Origin: a virus
Length of the DNA: 64,000 nt
Virus record (IMG/VR): IMGVR_UViG_3300021478_000022
Span: 14,688 to 78,687 of that record
Strand: one strand, 5' to 3'
A program made the translations under genes and the position numbers. Below, piece by piece: positions 46,062-56,033 of the stretch. The notes under the pieces were generated by a model. It made no database searches, was not told the origin of the DNA, and saw only the letters and a list, made by a program, of their open reading frames with translations. Positions within the stretch are counted from its first letter, which is position 1; every line of letters starts with the position of its first letter.

Positions 46062-48285
46062 TGTCCACTCTCCACTTCCGCGCCGCGCGAGTCACCCGCT
46101 TGCGCCGTCCCCGTCTTCCCTTGGACTTGCCAGGCTTCTTCGTGTGCTTGCCCTCGACCGCAAAATCCCCCGGAGTTGCTGGGAGCCCACCACCCGACCC
46201 GGCCATGTCGATGGTCGCGGTGTCCTCGTGCAGTTCGGGACCAGTGGGAGCGGAAGGCAAAGTTGCCGCAAGACGGATAGACAAGGGCGCTGATTCCAAG
46301 GCCCTCTGGAAGCCCGGTGGCGGCTGGAAAGACGGCATAGGGACAAATGCCGGTGGGGACGGTTCCACGCCAGTCCTGAGCCATTCCTGCGCTTCTGTGA
46401 TGCCCCTCTCGGCAGCTTGGCGGATGGTGATGGGTGTGTCGGCGCAGCGGTCGTTGTAATCCCACGGAACTCGGAACATCTGCCAGACTGGATCGCCAGC
46501 GCGGTAGATGTTGGTCCCCTGTATGCCTAGCTTTTCCAGCGCCAGATGGTTCTCGCGTACACGGTTGTCGTGGATGGCATCGCGTGCCCGATAGGGAAAC
46601 CCACTGCGAACGAAGGGATGGGACAACACCGTCTCCTGCCCGTCCGAGAAGGCACGCTGGATGTTCGTCCGCGCCACGTTTTCCAGATGCCCTTCCGAGA
46701 GAAACGTCCCCGGCGCGACTTGCTCCAGCACCTTCTCGCGGAACGCCTCTACGTCCGCGCCCTCAGCGACGTTCTCCGCAAGCGCATCCCGGATCTTCGT
46801 CAGCGTCTCCTGTGCATCGACCCCGGCGACCGTGAACGCCTTCTGCCGCGCCGCATCGTCCAGCTTGTCAAAGACAGGCCGCGTCACCACGTTCTTCCGC
46901 GCCAGTTCCCGCGCCGCTTCCTCGATGATCGGGTAATGGACCCGCTCCCCTCCCGGTGGCGCTTGCGGAGTGAAGGGCCTTGTCGGCGGGATGCTCTCGC
47001 TGGAACCCAGCGATTGCTGGACATAGTGCTGCTCCGCAGGTGGCAATTCGTAGATGGCCCGATCGCGCTCCCCTTGCGGCATGGCGCGGAGTCGGAACAG
47101 AAGGGATTGGGCTTCATCGGGAGGGAGGGTTGGAGGTGGCGGGGGCGCACTCCCCGCCTGTGGTAACGGTGGCAACCTCTCCGCCACCTCCGACGCTCCC
47201 GCCAGTAGTGCCGCCAGCTGGGTCGTCCCCAAGAGGTCGGCCAGTTGCAGACGGTACTTGTTCACGAACGTCACGACCTGATGCCCCATCTCGCTGGGGT
47301 CGGCTGATTGGAGCGCGTCCCTGAGTTCGCGCTTGGCCGTGGCGCTGAGCTGCTTGGCCACAGTCATGGTGCGGTTGAGGATGCCCTGCGCACGACGGTC
47401 GAAGATGTCGTGGGCGAAGTAGGCGGATAGGGACAACGGCGCTGCAAACAATCCTTTGTCCCTGTTCAGGATGGCGCGCGCCAGGGACGGTCTGTCTGTG
47501 GCTTTGTATTTCTCCTTGAGCTGAGTGAGATAGCCAGGATTTACACTGCCAAGCGCATTAGCCATCTTCTGGGCGACATCTTCATCCGGTTCGCCCTTGT
47601 GCATCTTGTATTTCACGAACTCGTGCAAATCCTCGAAGCGATCCGGCAATTGCCGCGATACGGCTGGCGCTGCTACCGCCTGTTGAATGATGGGCTGTGC
47701 TGCTACCGGAACTGTCGTCTGCGCAGCGATTGGAGTCGCCTTCGGTTGTGCAGGTGGCTGGGACGCTGATGCCGGTTCAGGTCTAGCTGACTCCAAGTCG
47801 ATGGCTATCTTTGACCCTGTACGAGCGCGAACGATTATCTTGTTGCCACTAATGTCAAGTATTGGCCCACGGAGCGGTGGCAATCTCGACCCGCCGCCCT
47901 CACCGTCATAATAGAGAATCTGCTGGCCGACTTTAGGAGGGTTGGCTGGTCCGAATTTAGGCAGCTTGAAGAAGTCATCGTCTGTCGGTGGAGACGGACG
48001 TGGTGCCGTTTGTTGTTGTGGTGTCGGCTGTTGAGGCGCCTGCTTCTGCCCACTCTGTCTCCATACCTTACCTCCTTGCGGTCCCACTCCGACCTGAACC
48101 CATCCCGGCCCCGGCGGCTGAGGACCGTGAAAGTTCCCCTGCGCATCGAGCGCCAGGGCAATGTCGTCCTGCATCGCCAGTTCGGCAACGGCCAGCGCCT
48201 CGTCAAGATCGCGCGTCTCCGGGTCTTCGATGGCGCGCAGAAGCAACTGGGCAAAGCGGGCGCCGCGTTCCTTGGTGATGCTCAC
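46054..48285 (-). CDS. head morphogenesis protein (Mu gpF / SPP1 gp7 family)
   Basis: AFTVAG, LENVARTN...A...G, D.RVR..H, P.DYNDRC; directly downstream of the portal. Confidence 0.85.
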   Translation of the reverse strand: MSITKERGARFAQLLLRAIEDPETRDLDEALAVAELAMQDDIALALDAQGNFHGPQPPGPGWVQVGVGPQGGKVWRQSGQKQAPQQPTPQQQTAPRPSPPTDDDFFKLPKFGPANPPKVGQQILYYDGEGGGSRLPPLRGPILDISGNKIIVRARTGSKIAIDLESARPEPASASQPPAQPKATPIAAQTTVPVAAQPIIQQAVAAPAVSRQLPDRFEDLHEFVKYKMHKGEPDEDVAQKMANALGSVNPGYLTQLKEKYKATDRPSLARAILNRDKGLFAAPLSLSAYFAHDIFDRRAQGILNRTMTVAKQLSATAKRELRDALQSADPSEMGHQVVTFVNKYRLQLADLLGTTQLAALLAGASEVAERLPPLPQAGSAPPPPPTLPPDEAQSLLFRLRAMPQGERDRAIYELPPAEQHYVQQSLGSSESIPPTRPFTPQAPPGGERVHYPIIEEAARELARKNVVTRPVFDKLDDAARQKAFTVAGVDAQETLTKIRDALAENVAEGADVEAFREKVLEQVAPGTFLSEGHLENVARTNIQRAFSDGQETVLSHPFVRSGFPYRARDAIHDNRVRENHLALEKLGIQGTNIYRAGDPVWQMFRVPWDYNDRCADTPITIRQAAERGITEAQEWLRTGVEPSPPAFVPMPSFQPPPGFQRALESAPLSIRLAATLPSAPTGPELHEDTATIDMAGSGGGLPATPGDFAVEGKHTKKPGKSKGRRGRRKRVTRAARKWRVDIG

Positions 48286-49712
48286 GCCGCCCTCCTGATG
48301 CGCCACGCAATCTCTTTGATCCGGTCAGGCAATGACCCCAGACTGAACCCTTGCGACTGCATCGGCAAGGGGCCAGTTGGCTGCGTGTCGGGAGCGGCGC
48401 CCGGCGCTATGGGCATCGGTTGCCCCGGTGCCTGATTCATGGCCTGCGCCGGGTCCTGACCCATCTGCGTCTGCCGCTTCGTCTGGAGCAGCGGCTTGAC
48501 CTTGCACTCGAACCGCACCTCCCCGTACCGCCACCGCACCAGCGGACGCAGGACTTGCTTCAGGAACAGCGTCAACATCGCATCCGCCAAGCGCTGCTGG
48601 AGCATCAGGAACCCTTCGAGCGGGATGGCGCGACCGCTATAGCCTGACCCCGATTCCGCCGCCTCGAACAACTCAGACGGCACCCCGATGCCCTCGCGGA
48701 TTTGCTTGATGAGGTACTGGATGTACTCGATCAACCCAGCGACGTTCAGGGTGTTCTTGGGGATTTCGACCGACCACTTCTCCCCACCGCCCTGATCGGA
48801 CGGGTAGGGCGTTGACGGCAGACCAATGCCGGCCCCAGCCTTGAACAACTCCGCCATCTGACGTGCCGAGTCGCGAGCGTACTTCCGTGGTCGCCCTTGC
48901 GAGTCCAGCGTGGTCGCCACCGACCCCAGTTGCCCCTGAATGTCCTCTTCCGGGTACTTCACCACCACCCCGGAGTAGGCGAACCGATAGATACCTCCGT
49001 CCACCACCGTTTCCGCTGCGTCCTTCCACGCCAGACGCCTCCACGGGCGCCAGGCGCCTAGTAGTTGGCTTTGCCCGTAGTAGAGGCTGTAGCGTGGATT
49101 GTGGGCGTACCAGACACCCTTCGCGGGGATGTCCTCCGTCGCCATCCACAGGTCCCTCGTTCCACCGTGCTGCTGGTTGTCCGAGGCTGGGTTCTGGGGA
49201 GGTGGCGCTTCCCGTGGCGCCTCGTGGATTTGCCTGACCCTGACCCCAATCGGTTTGTTGCTTTGGGTGAGCAGGAACACGTCCCGTGGGGAGAACTGCA
49301 CGAAGTCCTCCCACTCGAGGGTCGGTCCTTCGCCCTTGTAGAGCGCCTCGCAGCCGATCCAGCCGTACTCGTAACCTCCCTGGAGTTTCGGCACGCCCCG
49401 GTCCCAGAAGCGCTGGCACTGTTCCTGAATGAAAATCTGCGCTTCGGGGTGGTCGCAGGAGATGACGAACTCAGCCCCGGCGATGCCGCCCTTGAAATAG
49501 TTGAGCGCGTTCAGAACCACCGGATGGATCATCATGAGTTCGATGTCGCGCAGCAGGTAGAACTGCGGCACCGTGTCGGTCGTCCACAGCGCCCAGTAGG
49601 GCAAGGTGGGACGGTAGCCGGTGGTCAGGGGCTCGCCGGTCAGGATCGACTCGATCTTGGCCTTGTCGACCTGACCGTTCTGTTGCCCGTTCATGGGTGT
49701 GGCTTCGGTCAT
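48282..49712 (-). CDS. portal protein (Mu gp29/DUF935-like)
   Basis: YG...CE..Y, YG.S.L...WRPW, V.KYP, L..Q...PL..W.YG; 476 aa; adjacent to MuF. Confidence 0.7.
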   Translation of the reverse strand: MTEATPMNGQQNGQVDKAKIESILTGEPLTTGYRPTLPYWALWTTDTVPQFYLLRDIELMMIHPVVLNALNYFKGGIAGAEFVISCDHPEAQIFIQEQCQRFWDRGVPKLQGGYEYGWIGCEALYKGEGPTLEWEDFVQFSPRDVFLLTQSNKPIGVRVRQIHEAPREAPPPQNPASDNQQHGGTRDLWMATEDIPAKGVWYAHNPRYSLYYGQSQLLGAWRPWRRLAWKDAAETVVDGGIYRFAYSGVVVKYPEEDIQGQLGSVATTLDSQGRPRKYARDSARQMAELFKAGAGIGLPSTPYPSDQGGGEKWSVEIPKNTLNVAGLIEYIQYLIKQIREGIGVPSELFEAAESGSGYSGRAIPLEGFLMLQQRLADAMLTLFLKQVLRPLVRWRYGEVRFECKVKPLLQTKRQTQMGQDPAQAMNQAPGQPMPIAPGAAPDTQPTGPLPMQSQGFSLGSLPDRIKEIAWRIRRAA

Positions 49713-50005
49713 GTCACTTCCCCTGCGGTTATGTTCCCGTGCCAGCACGGCGTCTGAATCATGGGAGGGTATATAGCGCCCGAAGCATCGACTGACGGAT
49801 GGAGAGTCATGGTATCGAATGTCTCGCCAGCCCTCACCCACCAGAAGCCGTTCTTGCTACTCATCTTCTCCCCACCGTCGACAGGGTTGGCGAAAGGGAC
49901 AGCGAGCCGGTGCTCGCGATGGATCGGGCATTCGAAAGATATGCCCTGCCCGTGGCGACCAAGCGTATCGCAAGTCCAGTGCGGGTCAAGTTCCGTAAGC
50001 CTCAT
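49709..50005 (-). CDS. DUF6527-like protein (second copy)
   Basis: F.CP.H...W...TL.PS...CWHG.I..GEV. Confidence 0.65.
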   Translation of the reverse strand: MRLTELDPHWTCDTLGRHGQGISFECPIHREHRLAVPFANPVDGGEKMSSKNGFWWVRAGETFDTMTLHPSVDASGAIYPPMIQTPCWHGNITAGEVT

Positions 50006-50008
50006 AAC

Positions 50009-50446
50009 TTAATCCTCTGGCACCCAGCTACCCGGATTTTCCATGCCGCAAATCTTGCAGTATTCGATGTAATCACCGGGACCGTCGGCTGTGTCAGGGT
50101 TCTTATGCCCTACCCAAACGTGCTGACAAACTGCCTGTGAGCATGGCCCGCAAAACCCATCGTCGCAATCGACTTCCCGTTCGGCACAGCGCGGGCAAAT
50201 GACCATCGCCGCCGAGTCTCGGATGGCAAAGCACTCTGGGCAAAACTGCTCGCCCATCCCCATGAAAAGATGCTCATAGCAAAAATACTTGCCGCACCCA
50301 TGCTGTCCGCCGCCGTGCATCGATCCGCAAACGTAAGCTAGACCTCGGTGGATTTCGGTCGCGCACCCCGGATGATCGCATGTCGCAGCAGCGCCATAGC
50401 CGATGTCGCGTCCTATATCATCGGTTCCGCAATTGGCCCAACCCAT
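50009..50446 (-). CDS. Cys-rich Zn-finger protein
   Basis: MGW..CG.D..GR.IGY...A.CD.PGC...I.RGL.Y.CG...GCG.YFC..H. Confidence 0.65.
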   Translation of the reverse strand: MGWANCGTDDIGRDIGYGAAATCDHPGCATEIHRGLAYVCGSMHGGGQHGCGKYFCYEHLFMGMGEQFCPECFAIRDSAAMVICPRCAEREVDCDDGFCGPCSQAVCQHVWVGHKNPDTADGPGDYIEYCKICGMENPGSWVPED

Positions 50447-51135
50447 CACAGTTGCTCCACGGGAATCGGAAGGTCGGGTCCCGGCGACGCCACGGCGCTC
50501 ATGTCTATCGGCGTCTGCGGCAGCGCCACCGTCTGCGGCAGCGGCGAGTTCGGATAAATGTGCGCCCCGAGGTTCGGCGGGATCGGTGCCGTGGTCCCGG
50601 TGGGGGTCCCACCGAGCACGTAGCTGATCTCCCAGCGTGCGAACCAGATCGGGATGCCCCCTAGCGCGTAACCGGCGAGTGCATTGTAAGCCCTCTGCTC
50701 CCCCTGTGGTACAGCCGTCCTGCCTCCAACCGACCTGAGCCCCGGAATCGGGATCTGGTAGCCGATCCGGATGCCGTAGCCCTTCAGGACGAATCGGTAG
50801 GTCGAGGTCGCCATGCGCTGGATGGTATCCACCGTCTGCAAGGCGGGTTTGAGGTTCACCCCGGACTTCTTGTTCTGGTCGAGCAGCTTGTTGTCGATGA
50901 AGTCGCTCGCCAGCGTGTCCACACTCGCCTGTTGCTGGGGTAGAGACTTGTGCAGGACCATCCCCGCGTCGAGGATGCACTCCACCCAGCAGCGGTAGTC
51001 GAGGTACGACGCAGCGGGGTCGGCAAGGTAGGGCAGCGGCAGCGCCTTCTCAGGGAGGATGTCCTTGTTGTCCTTGTTGGGGACATCATCGTCTAGGGCG
51101 CCCTGGTAGTCGTCAGCGAGGAAGGGGAATGCCAT
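50446..51135 (-). CDS. putative tail structural protein
   Basis: Context; start MAFPF. Confidence 0.5.
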   Translation of the reverse strand: MAFPFLADDYQGALDDDVPNKDNKDILPEKALPLPYLADPAASYLDYRCWVECILDAGMVLHKSLPQQQASVDTLASDFIDNKLLDQNKKSGVNLKPALQTVDTIQRMATSTYRFVLKGYGIRIGYQIPIPGLRSVGGRTAVPQGEQRAYNALAGYALGGIPIWFARWEISYVLGGTPTGTTAPIPPNLGAHIYPNSPLPQTVALPQTPIDMSAVASPGPDLPIPVEQL

Positions 51136-51137
51136 GA

Positions 51138-52562
51138 TTATCCAATCGTGACGACTTGGGAAGGTTCGTAGCCCAAGTCCACGATGACCTCCGTGAGCGT
51201 GTCCAGGTCGTTCTCCAGCCAGCTCTTCCAGCCGCTGAAGTTCTCCAGCGATGCCGCCGCGATTGCTCCACCCAGAGTCCCACGCTGCCATCTCCAGAGA
51301 CCTGTGCCGGTCAGCAGTGTCTCAAAGGTCGTGACAGCCCACCATGTAGCTTCAAACGTGATGGTCTTGGAGTCGAGGTAGATGCCCTCATCGACTGAGA
51401 AGTCCATGAGCTGGGCACGCGGCGAGGCAGTAGCGGCATTGACCCCGGACCCTGCCTGATTATTGGACACCTGCTGACGATTGGCTCCCAGCCAGAACTG
51501 AGGCTCGTCAAAATCAACCCCCGACGATGCCGCCAATCCTGAGAAGAATCCGCCCGCAGGTCTAGCGGGTGCTGGCGCGGCTGGCGCTGGGTCGGCTATG
51601 CTGGGCATCACACCGTTGGCCACCGACCGGAGCCGGTAGGCCAAGAGCGAATAGAACGCCCACAGCGCCGACCGCCTGGGGTAGACCTTGTTGATGGTGT
51701 AGGTCGCCCTGAGCGTGCACGACCACGCGCAGCCGTTCAGGACTGGCAACTTCCCTCCCCCCACAGCCACCGAACGCATGGGCCTGACCGACATCGTGCC
51801 ACGCGCCTTCATGGCGCCAGGCGGGAGTCCCATCGGGGGAATCTCCTCCGCCGCGAACTCCCAGTCGATGGTGCGCTTGTCGCGGGAGACGTTGAAATTC
51901 CGGCGCGTCACGCGGAACTTGGTCAGGTCGAACTGGATGTCCAGCCACTGCTGGCGGTAGTTGTCCACGTTGTCGGGCAAACTCCGGCTCGTGACACTGG
52001 TGCGGGTCATGGGGATTTCCAGCGTACCCCGCAAGGCGAGCATCGAGTAGCCCTCGTCGTCGTAGCTGATCGACGCCTCGTAGTTGTACTGCACCACCGG
52101 ATTGGTGATAGCGCCAGGTCCCCCCTTGATGACGCGGAACTCCGGGATCAAAGTCGTCACTGTCCAAGTGATGAAAGCTGAGCGTGACCCGCCCAGAGGC
52201 TGAAAGGCGATGACCTTGGGGATGGGCCCCCACGCGATGTCCTGCTTGAATCCCTGATTGACGATCAGGTCCCCGAACCCCTTCCCGGAGTAGTTCAGGA
52301 TGCCACCCTGCACGCTCAGCTTGCCCCTGAGTTTCGAGAAGGCCGTGTCGGTCGTGGCGGCGCCGTCGGGGAGGGTCACGAGGCCGTTGACGACCAGCGT
52401 CCACTCGACGCCCTTCGTGGTCCTCTTGGCGTTGTCCTGAAGGATGGCGCTGGTGAGCTTCGAGGTGTAGAGGGTCGAGAACTTGATGCCGTTGTAGGAC
52501 AGCGTACCCAGATCGGGGAAGATCGCAGGACCAGTGTCGGAGGGTACGGTAGCAAGCGCCAT
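51138..52562 (-). CDS. putative tail structural protein
   Basis: 474 aa, beta-rich, follows the tape-like gene. Confidence 0.55.
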   Translation of the reverse strand: MALATVPSDTGPAIFPDLGTLSYNGIKFSTLYTSKLTSAILQDNAKRTTKGVEWTLVVNGLVTLPDGAATTDTAFSKLRGKLSVQGGILNYSGKGFGDLIVNQGFKQDIAWGPIPKVIAFQPLGGSRSAFITWTVTTLIPEFRVIKGGPGAITNPVVQYNYEASISYDDEGYSMLALRGTLEIPMTRTSVTSRSLPDNVDNYRQQWLDIQFDLTKFRVTRRNFNVSRDKRTIDWEFAAEEIPPMGLPPGAMKARGTMSVRPMRSVAVGGGKLPVLNGCAWSCTLRATYTINKVYPRRSALWAFYSLLAYRLRSVANGVMPSIADPAPAAPAPARPAGGFFSGLAASSGVDFDEPQFWLGANRQQVSNNQAGSGVNAATASPRAQLMDFSVDEGIYLDSKTITFEATWWAVTTFETLLTGTGLWRWQRGTLGGAIAAASLENFSGWKSWLENDLDTLTEVIVDLGYEPSQVVTIG

Positions 52563-52855
52563 CAGCCAATCCTCGCGATAGTCGAACTAAAGAATGCCGA
52601 TGGCATTGTTGCCAGCATTTGGTAAACCCAGTGGGAATCATCCCAATACTGACCTCGCTGGATGCTGGCGCATCGTGGGCAGAAGTAATTGCCGCCAACC
52701 AGATGCAAGCAGTTGCCGACAAACTTCTTCTTGCACTCTGAACACGGCAACACCTTTCCCTTGAGGAGATTCTTCTCCTTCTGAAGAGTATAGGTGCAAG
52801 CCGGGCAATTCTCGTCGCACCTGATGTCACTCATCGCTTCAGCACCTCTTTGCAC
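52562..52855 (-). CDS. Cys-rich hypothetical protein
   Basis: Multiple CxxC. Confidence 0.45.
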   Translation of the reverse strand: MQRGAEAMSDIRCDENCPACTYTLQKEKNLLKGKVLPCSECKKKFVGNCLHLVGGNYFCPRCASIQRGQYWDDSHWVYQMLATMPSAFFSSTIARIG

Positions 52856-53073
52856 TCATGGCACGTCACCTGCGAGCGATCCAGCGTCACCGAGTTTCCC
52901 CCGCCACCGCACAGAGTCCCCAGCTGGGTGATGGACTGCCCCATGAACGCATCGGGCCCCCGCGACGTCGCACCGTCACGAACCACTTCGAGCTTGGCGT
53001 AGCACGTCACGGGCGCTGGACCGGGCTGGGTCTCGACGGGGCGCATCAGGTCTTGGGAGGGTCCGAACATCAT
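52831..53073 (-). CDS. small Zn-binding protein
   Basis: LCG...VTCHEC. Confidence 0.5.
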   Translation of the reverse strand: MMFGPSQDLMRPVETQPGPAPVTCYAKLEVVRDGATSRGPDAFMGQSITQLGTLCGGGGNSVTLDRSQVTCHECKEVLKR

Positions 53074-54311
53074 CCACCCTCACGCGGCAAGTCCCACGGG
53101 AAGCCGTTCAGCACCGCATCGGTGGGCAAGACGAAATCATCGTCTCCCCGGTTGGGGTCAGGCATCATGGACGCGATGCCCTGCACCGCCGTCCCAATCC
53201 CCGTGAGCATGTCCACGACGTTGAACACACCTTGGACAATCGCCGTCGCTGACTGGAAGCCAGCGTCGATGACGGGCCAGATCCGGTTCAGCGTCTCCAT
53301 CATGTCCGTCAGGGGCGGCACGATCCGCTCCAGCAACTTGATCTTCGTGTCCTCGAAGCGGTTCTGGAGTTCGGTCCGCGCCTGGACGTACCGGATCAGG
53401 TCGGGGGAAATCTCACGGGCGCGCCTGAAGTCCTGCAAGGTCACGCTGAGTTCGCCCAGCGCCGTCGCGACGGCTAGGTTCGGCTCCAGACCGGAGTAGC
53501 GGTCCACCTGGGCATCGACGGCGCGCATGAACTGCCCCATCGCCTGCGTGGCCCCTCCCACCGTGCTCCCGAAGATGCTCAGCACCGGGTTGACCATGAA
53601 GATGGAGTCGCTCGCCGACTTCGCCGCCGTACCCAGCGTGCTGATGTAGTTCGCCGGGGACGTATCCGCCGTGATGAGCGCCGCGAACGAACCCGCTGCC
53701 TGGGTCGCGCTGTAGAGTCCGCCCTTGAGCGCCGACAGACCGGCAAGGACTGCGCCTGCGATGCCGACGCCGGCCGCGATGCCGGTCATCATCGAAGCGC
53801 CGCCGGCACCTGCCGTCACGTTCGTGTTGAACTGCTTGGCCTGAACCTGCGGGAAAGCACTCGATGCTGCCGACATCCCCTGCTGAATCCCTGTCGAGGA
53901 TGGCTGCATCGCGCCTGCCGCCACTCCCAGCGATTGTGCCGCTTCGGTTGCCGGGAACGTCGGCGCGACGGGCGCCGCAGGCTGAGTCGCTGGGCGCGCG
54001 GTCGGCATCTCCGACTCGGTTTTCCTGAGCGCCATCACCATGTCGAGGATAGCGCCCACGAACGACCCGAACACGCTGCTCAGCAGCCGCCTGTAGGTCC
54101 GGGCAACATCTATGGCTTCATCGCCAATGTCAGGTATCCGCGCTGCCCGTGGTACTCGCGGTGACAGGCCGGTAGAGGGCTGTGGTGCTGCTGCTTGCGG
54201 AGCGGCGGGAGTCGGTCGGGGAAGGGGTGGCGCAACCTGGGTCGGGGACTGAGCGCCGGGGACCGTGCCGGTGCCGTCGAGGATGATCCGGATTGTTGCG
54301 TTGTCGGCCAC
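53070..54311 (-). CDS. short tape-measure-like protein
   Basis: MAD.ATIRI N-terminus, Ala/Gly-rich helical, follows the tube-like gene. Confidence 0.5.
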   Translation of the reverse strand: MADNATIRIILDGTGTVPGAQSPTQVAPPLPRPTPAAPQAAAPQPSTGLSPRVPRAARIPDIGDEAIDVARTYRRLLSSVFGSFVGAILDMVMALRKTESEMPTARPATQPAAPVAPTFPATEAAQSLGVAAGAMQPSSTGIQQGMSAASSAFPQVQAKQFNTNVTAGAGGASMMTGIAAGVGIAGAVLAGLSALKGGLYSATQAAGSFAALITADTSPANYISTLGTAAKSASDSIFMVNPVLSIFGSTVGGATQAMGQFMRAVDAQVDRYSGLEPNLAVATALGELSVTLQDFRRAREISPDLIRYVQARTELQNRFEDTKIKLLERIVPPLTDMMETLNRIWPVIDAGFQSATAIVQGVFNVVDMLTGIGTAVQGIASMMPDPNRGDDDFVLPTDAVLNGFPWDLPREGG

Positions 54312-54314
54312 AGG

Positions 54315-54836
54315 TTACAGACTCGTGAAGGGCACGCTGACCGTAACTGAGTTCACCACAGTAGAATAAGGGATCAAAACCCACTCAATCGGCAGCTCGC
54401 GAATTTTGCTTGTCATGTTGAACACCGACTGCGAGTTCGGGGCAAACCCAGCATTGGTGGCTGTCAGCGCTTGCGGCGTCGTCGGTGGGTTGCCGAGAAT
54501 GGCGGTGAGAATGAGCGGCGAACAATACTTTGTCCAGCGGTCGCCGATGTTGGTCAAAATTGGCGTGAGCGTTCCAGCCGCGCCAGTCAGACCAAACATC
54601 TCCAGCGCTGCGATCAATCCCGTCTTCCATTCCAGCCCACGGTTACGCATCCGCCAATTCTGACCCCTGTAGATCGCTTCCACGAGGGTCATGCCGTACT
54701 GGTCGGTCTCATTCATCTCCTGGCCCTGGATGGTCACGGACATCTCGTATCCCGAGTCATCCTGAACGCCTAGAGACAGGGCATTGAAGGTGGAAACGTA
54801 CGGTCCGGCAATCGGTATCGCTAGTCCAGCGGCCAA
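54315..54836 (-). CDS. putative tail tube protein
   Basis: 173 aa; GP......LG...D.G.E.......D.YG pattern; context. Confidence 0.5.
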   Translation of the reverse strand: MAAGLAIPIAGPYVSTFNALSLGVQDDSGYEMSVTIQGQEMNETDQYGMTLVEAIYRGQNWRMRNRGLEWKTGLIAALEMFGLTGAAGTLTPILTNIGDRWTKYCSPLILTAILGNPPTTPQALTATNAGFAPNSQSVFNMTSKIRELPIEWVLIPYSTVVNSVTVSVPFTSL

Positions 54837-54844
54837 TGGTCACC

Positions 54845-55171
54845 TCATTTCACGTGAGCCGTTTCGAGGATTTCTCCAAGCTGCTGCCGCATGGCTGCCG
54901 CTTCTGGGGTCGCTAAACATTCTGGGCAAGTCGCTGCTCGAACATCGTCACTGCAACAGCACGGTTCAACTCTGTCAGCATTGACCTTGGGAGAGATGTC
55001 CGAGCGCGTTGGTTGACAAGCGATGCGTCCTCTCGCGCCGGGCCACTTGATTGCTCCCATCGCCGTGTCAGTGGAGCCACCCAGAGTCTGCGCTGGCCCT
55101 TTGGGATCATGCACGAACCAGTGAATCCTGACTCGTCCATCCGGCAACACCTTGATTACCACGTTTGTCAC
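54845..55171 (-). CDS. small Zn-binding protein
   Basis: IHW...RIACQP...SDDVRAATCPEC. Confidence 0.6.
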   Translation of the reverse strand: MTNVVIKVLPDGRVRIHWFVHDPKGPAQTLGGSTDTAMGAIKWPGARGRIACQPTRSDISPKVNADRVEPCCCSDDVRAATCPECLATPEAAAMRQQLGEILETAHVK

Positions 55172-55458
55172 ACCATCACTCCCAAGAGCGCCATCACCCG
55201 CTTGTACTCCGGGTGAGACTGACAGACCGGACACGTCACCGCGCGGGGGTCGTCGCTCCGCTGGTAGGGCCACGACCGCGTGGGCGTCGCTGCGGCGCTG
55301 ATGAGGTTCGGCACGCAGGCGATGCGGTAGGGCGTGTCCACCCGGCGCAGGCGCGGCACCTGGGACATCAGGTCGTCGGGCCGGTTGTGCGCGAAGTGGA
55401 TCAGCAGCGTCTCGCTGCCGTCCTCGTGCAACAGGTACTGGCCGACTTGTCCGGTCAC
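55168..55458 (-). CDS. small Zn-binding protein, paralog of 54845-55171
   Basis: IHF...RIACVP...SDDPRAVTCPVC. Confidence 0.6.
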   Translation of the reverse strand: MTGQVGQYLLHEDGSETLLIHFAHNRPDDLMSQVPRLRRVDTPYRIACVPNLISAAATPTRSWPYQRSDDPRAVTCPVCQSHPEYKRVMALLGVMV

Positions 55459-56033
55459 ACAAATGACGCGATGGCCTGTAGCCGTCGCGCTCCCTCGAAC
55501 TTCAGTTCGCTCTTCAGGCCGATATTCTTCTCGAACTCGGCTTGCGTCTCTGGTGGCGGAGCACCGAACCAATCTGGCAATTGAAAGCTGGCTTCTTCTC
55601 TTCCTGCATAGTGGGCTGGCTCACTGAATCCATAGACCGTGTTGCCGCCCGGCAGGAAGTTCACGAGGTTCGTGTTGGCGTCTTGCAGGATGCCCCAGTT
55701 CATGTGCAGGAACGCCCGGAGCTGTTCCGCCTTGGCGTTGAAGCCGGTCTCCTTCGCCAGCGTCCGGGCGAGTTGCGATGCCAGTATCACACTCCCGAAT
55801 CGGTCCAATGGTTCCGTGATGCGCATGGTCAGGGTCACGGAATAGCCGAAGTATTCGTTCAGGGCGTTCATCATCGTGCTGGTCGATGAGCCTCCGTGCA
55901 CCGACACGAACCACTTCCCACACATCTGTTTCGGTTTGCCGTCCGCCATGATCTCGCACAGCGCCGCACTGCCGTAGCCGAACGGCTGAGCACGAATCGC
56001 GTCACGGGTGGCAAAGAGAAGTGCGTCTATAAT
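55455..56033 (-). CDS. putative tail terminator-like protein, possible ATT start
   Basis: Frame stays open 28 codons above the track start (IDALLFATRDAIR...); GAGGAAG upstream. Confidence 0.5.
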   Translation of the reverse strand: MIDALLFATRDAIRAQPFGYGSAALCEIMADGKPKQMCGKWFVSVHGGSSTSTMMNALNEYFGYSVTLTMRITEPLDRFGSVILASQLARTLAKETGFNAKAEQLRAFLHMNWGILQDANTNLVNFLPGGNTVYGFSEPAHYAGREEASFQLPDWFGAPPPETQAEFEKNIGLKSELKFEGARRLQAIASFV

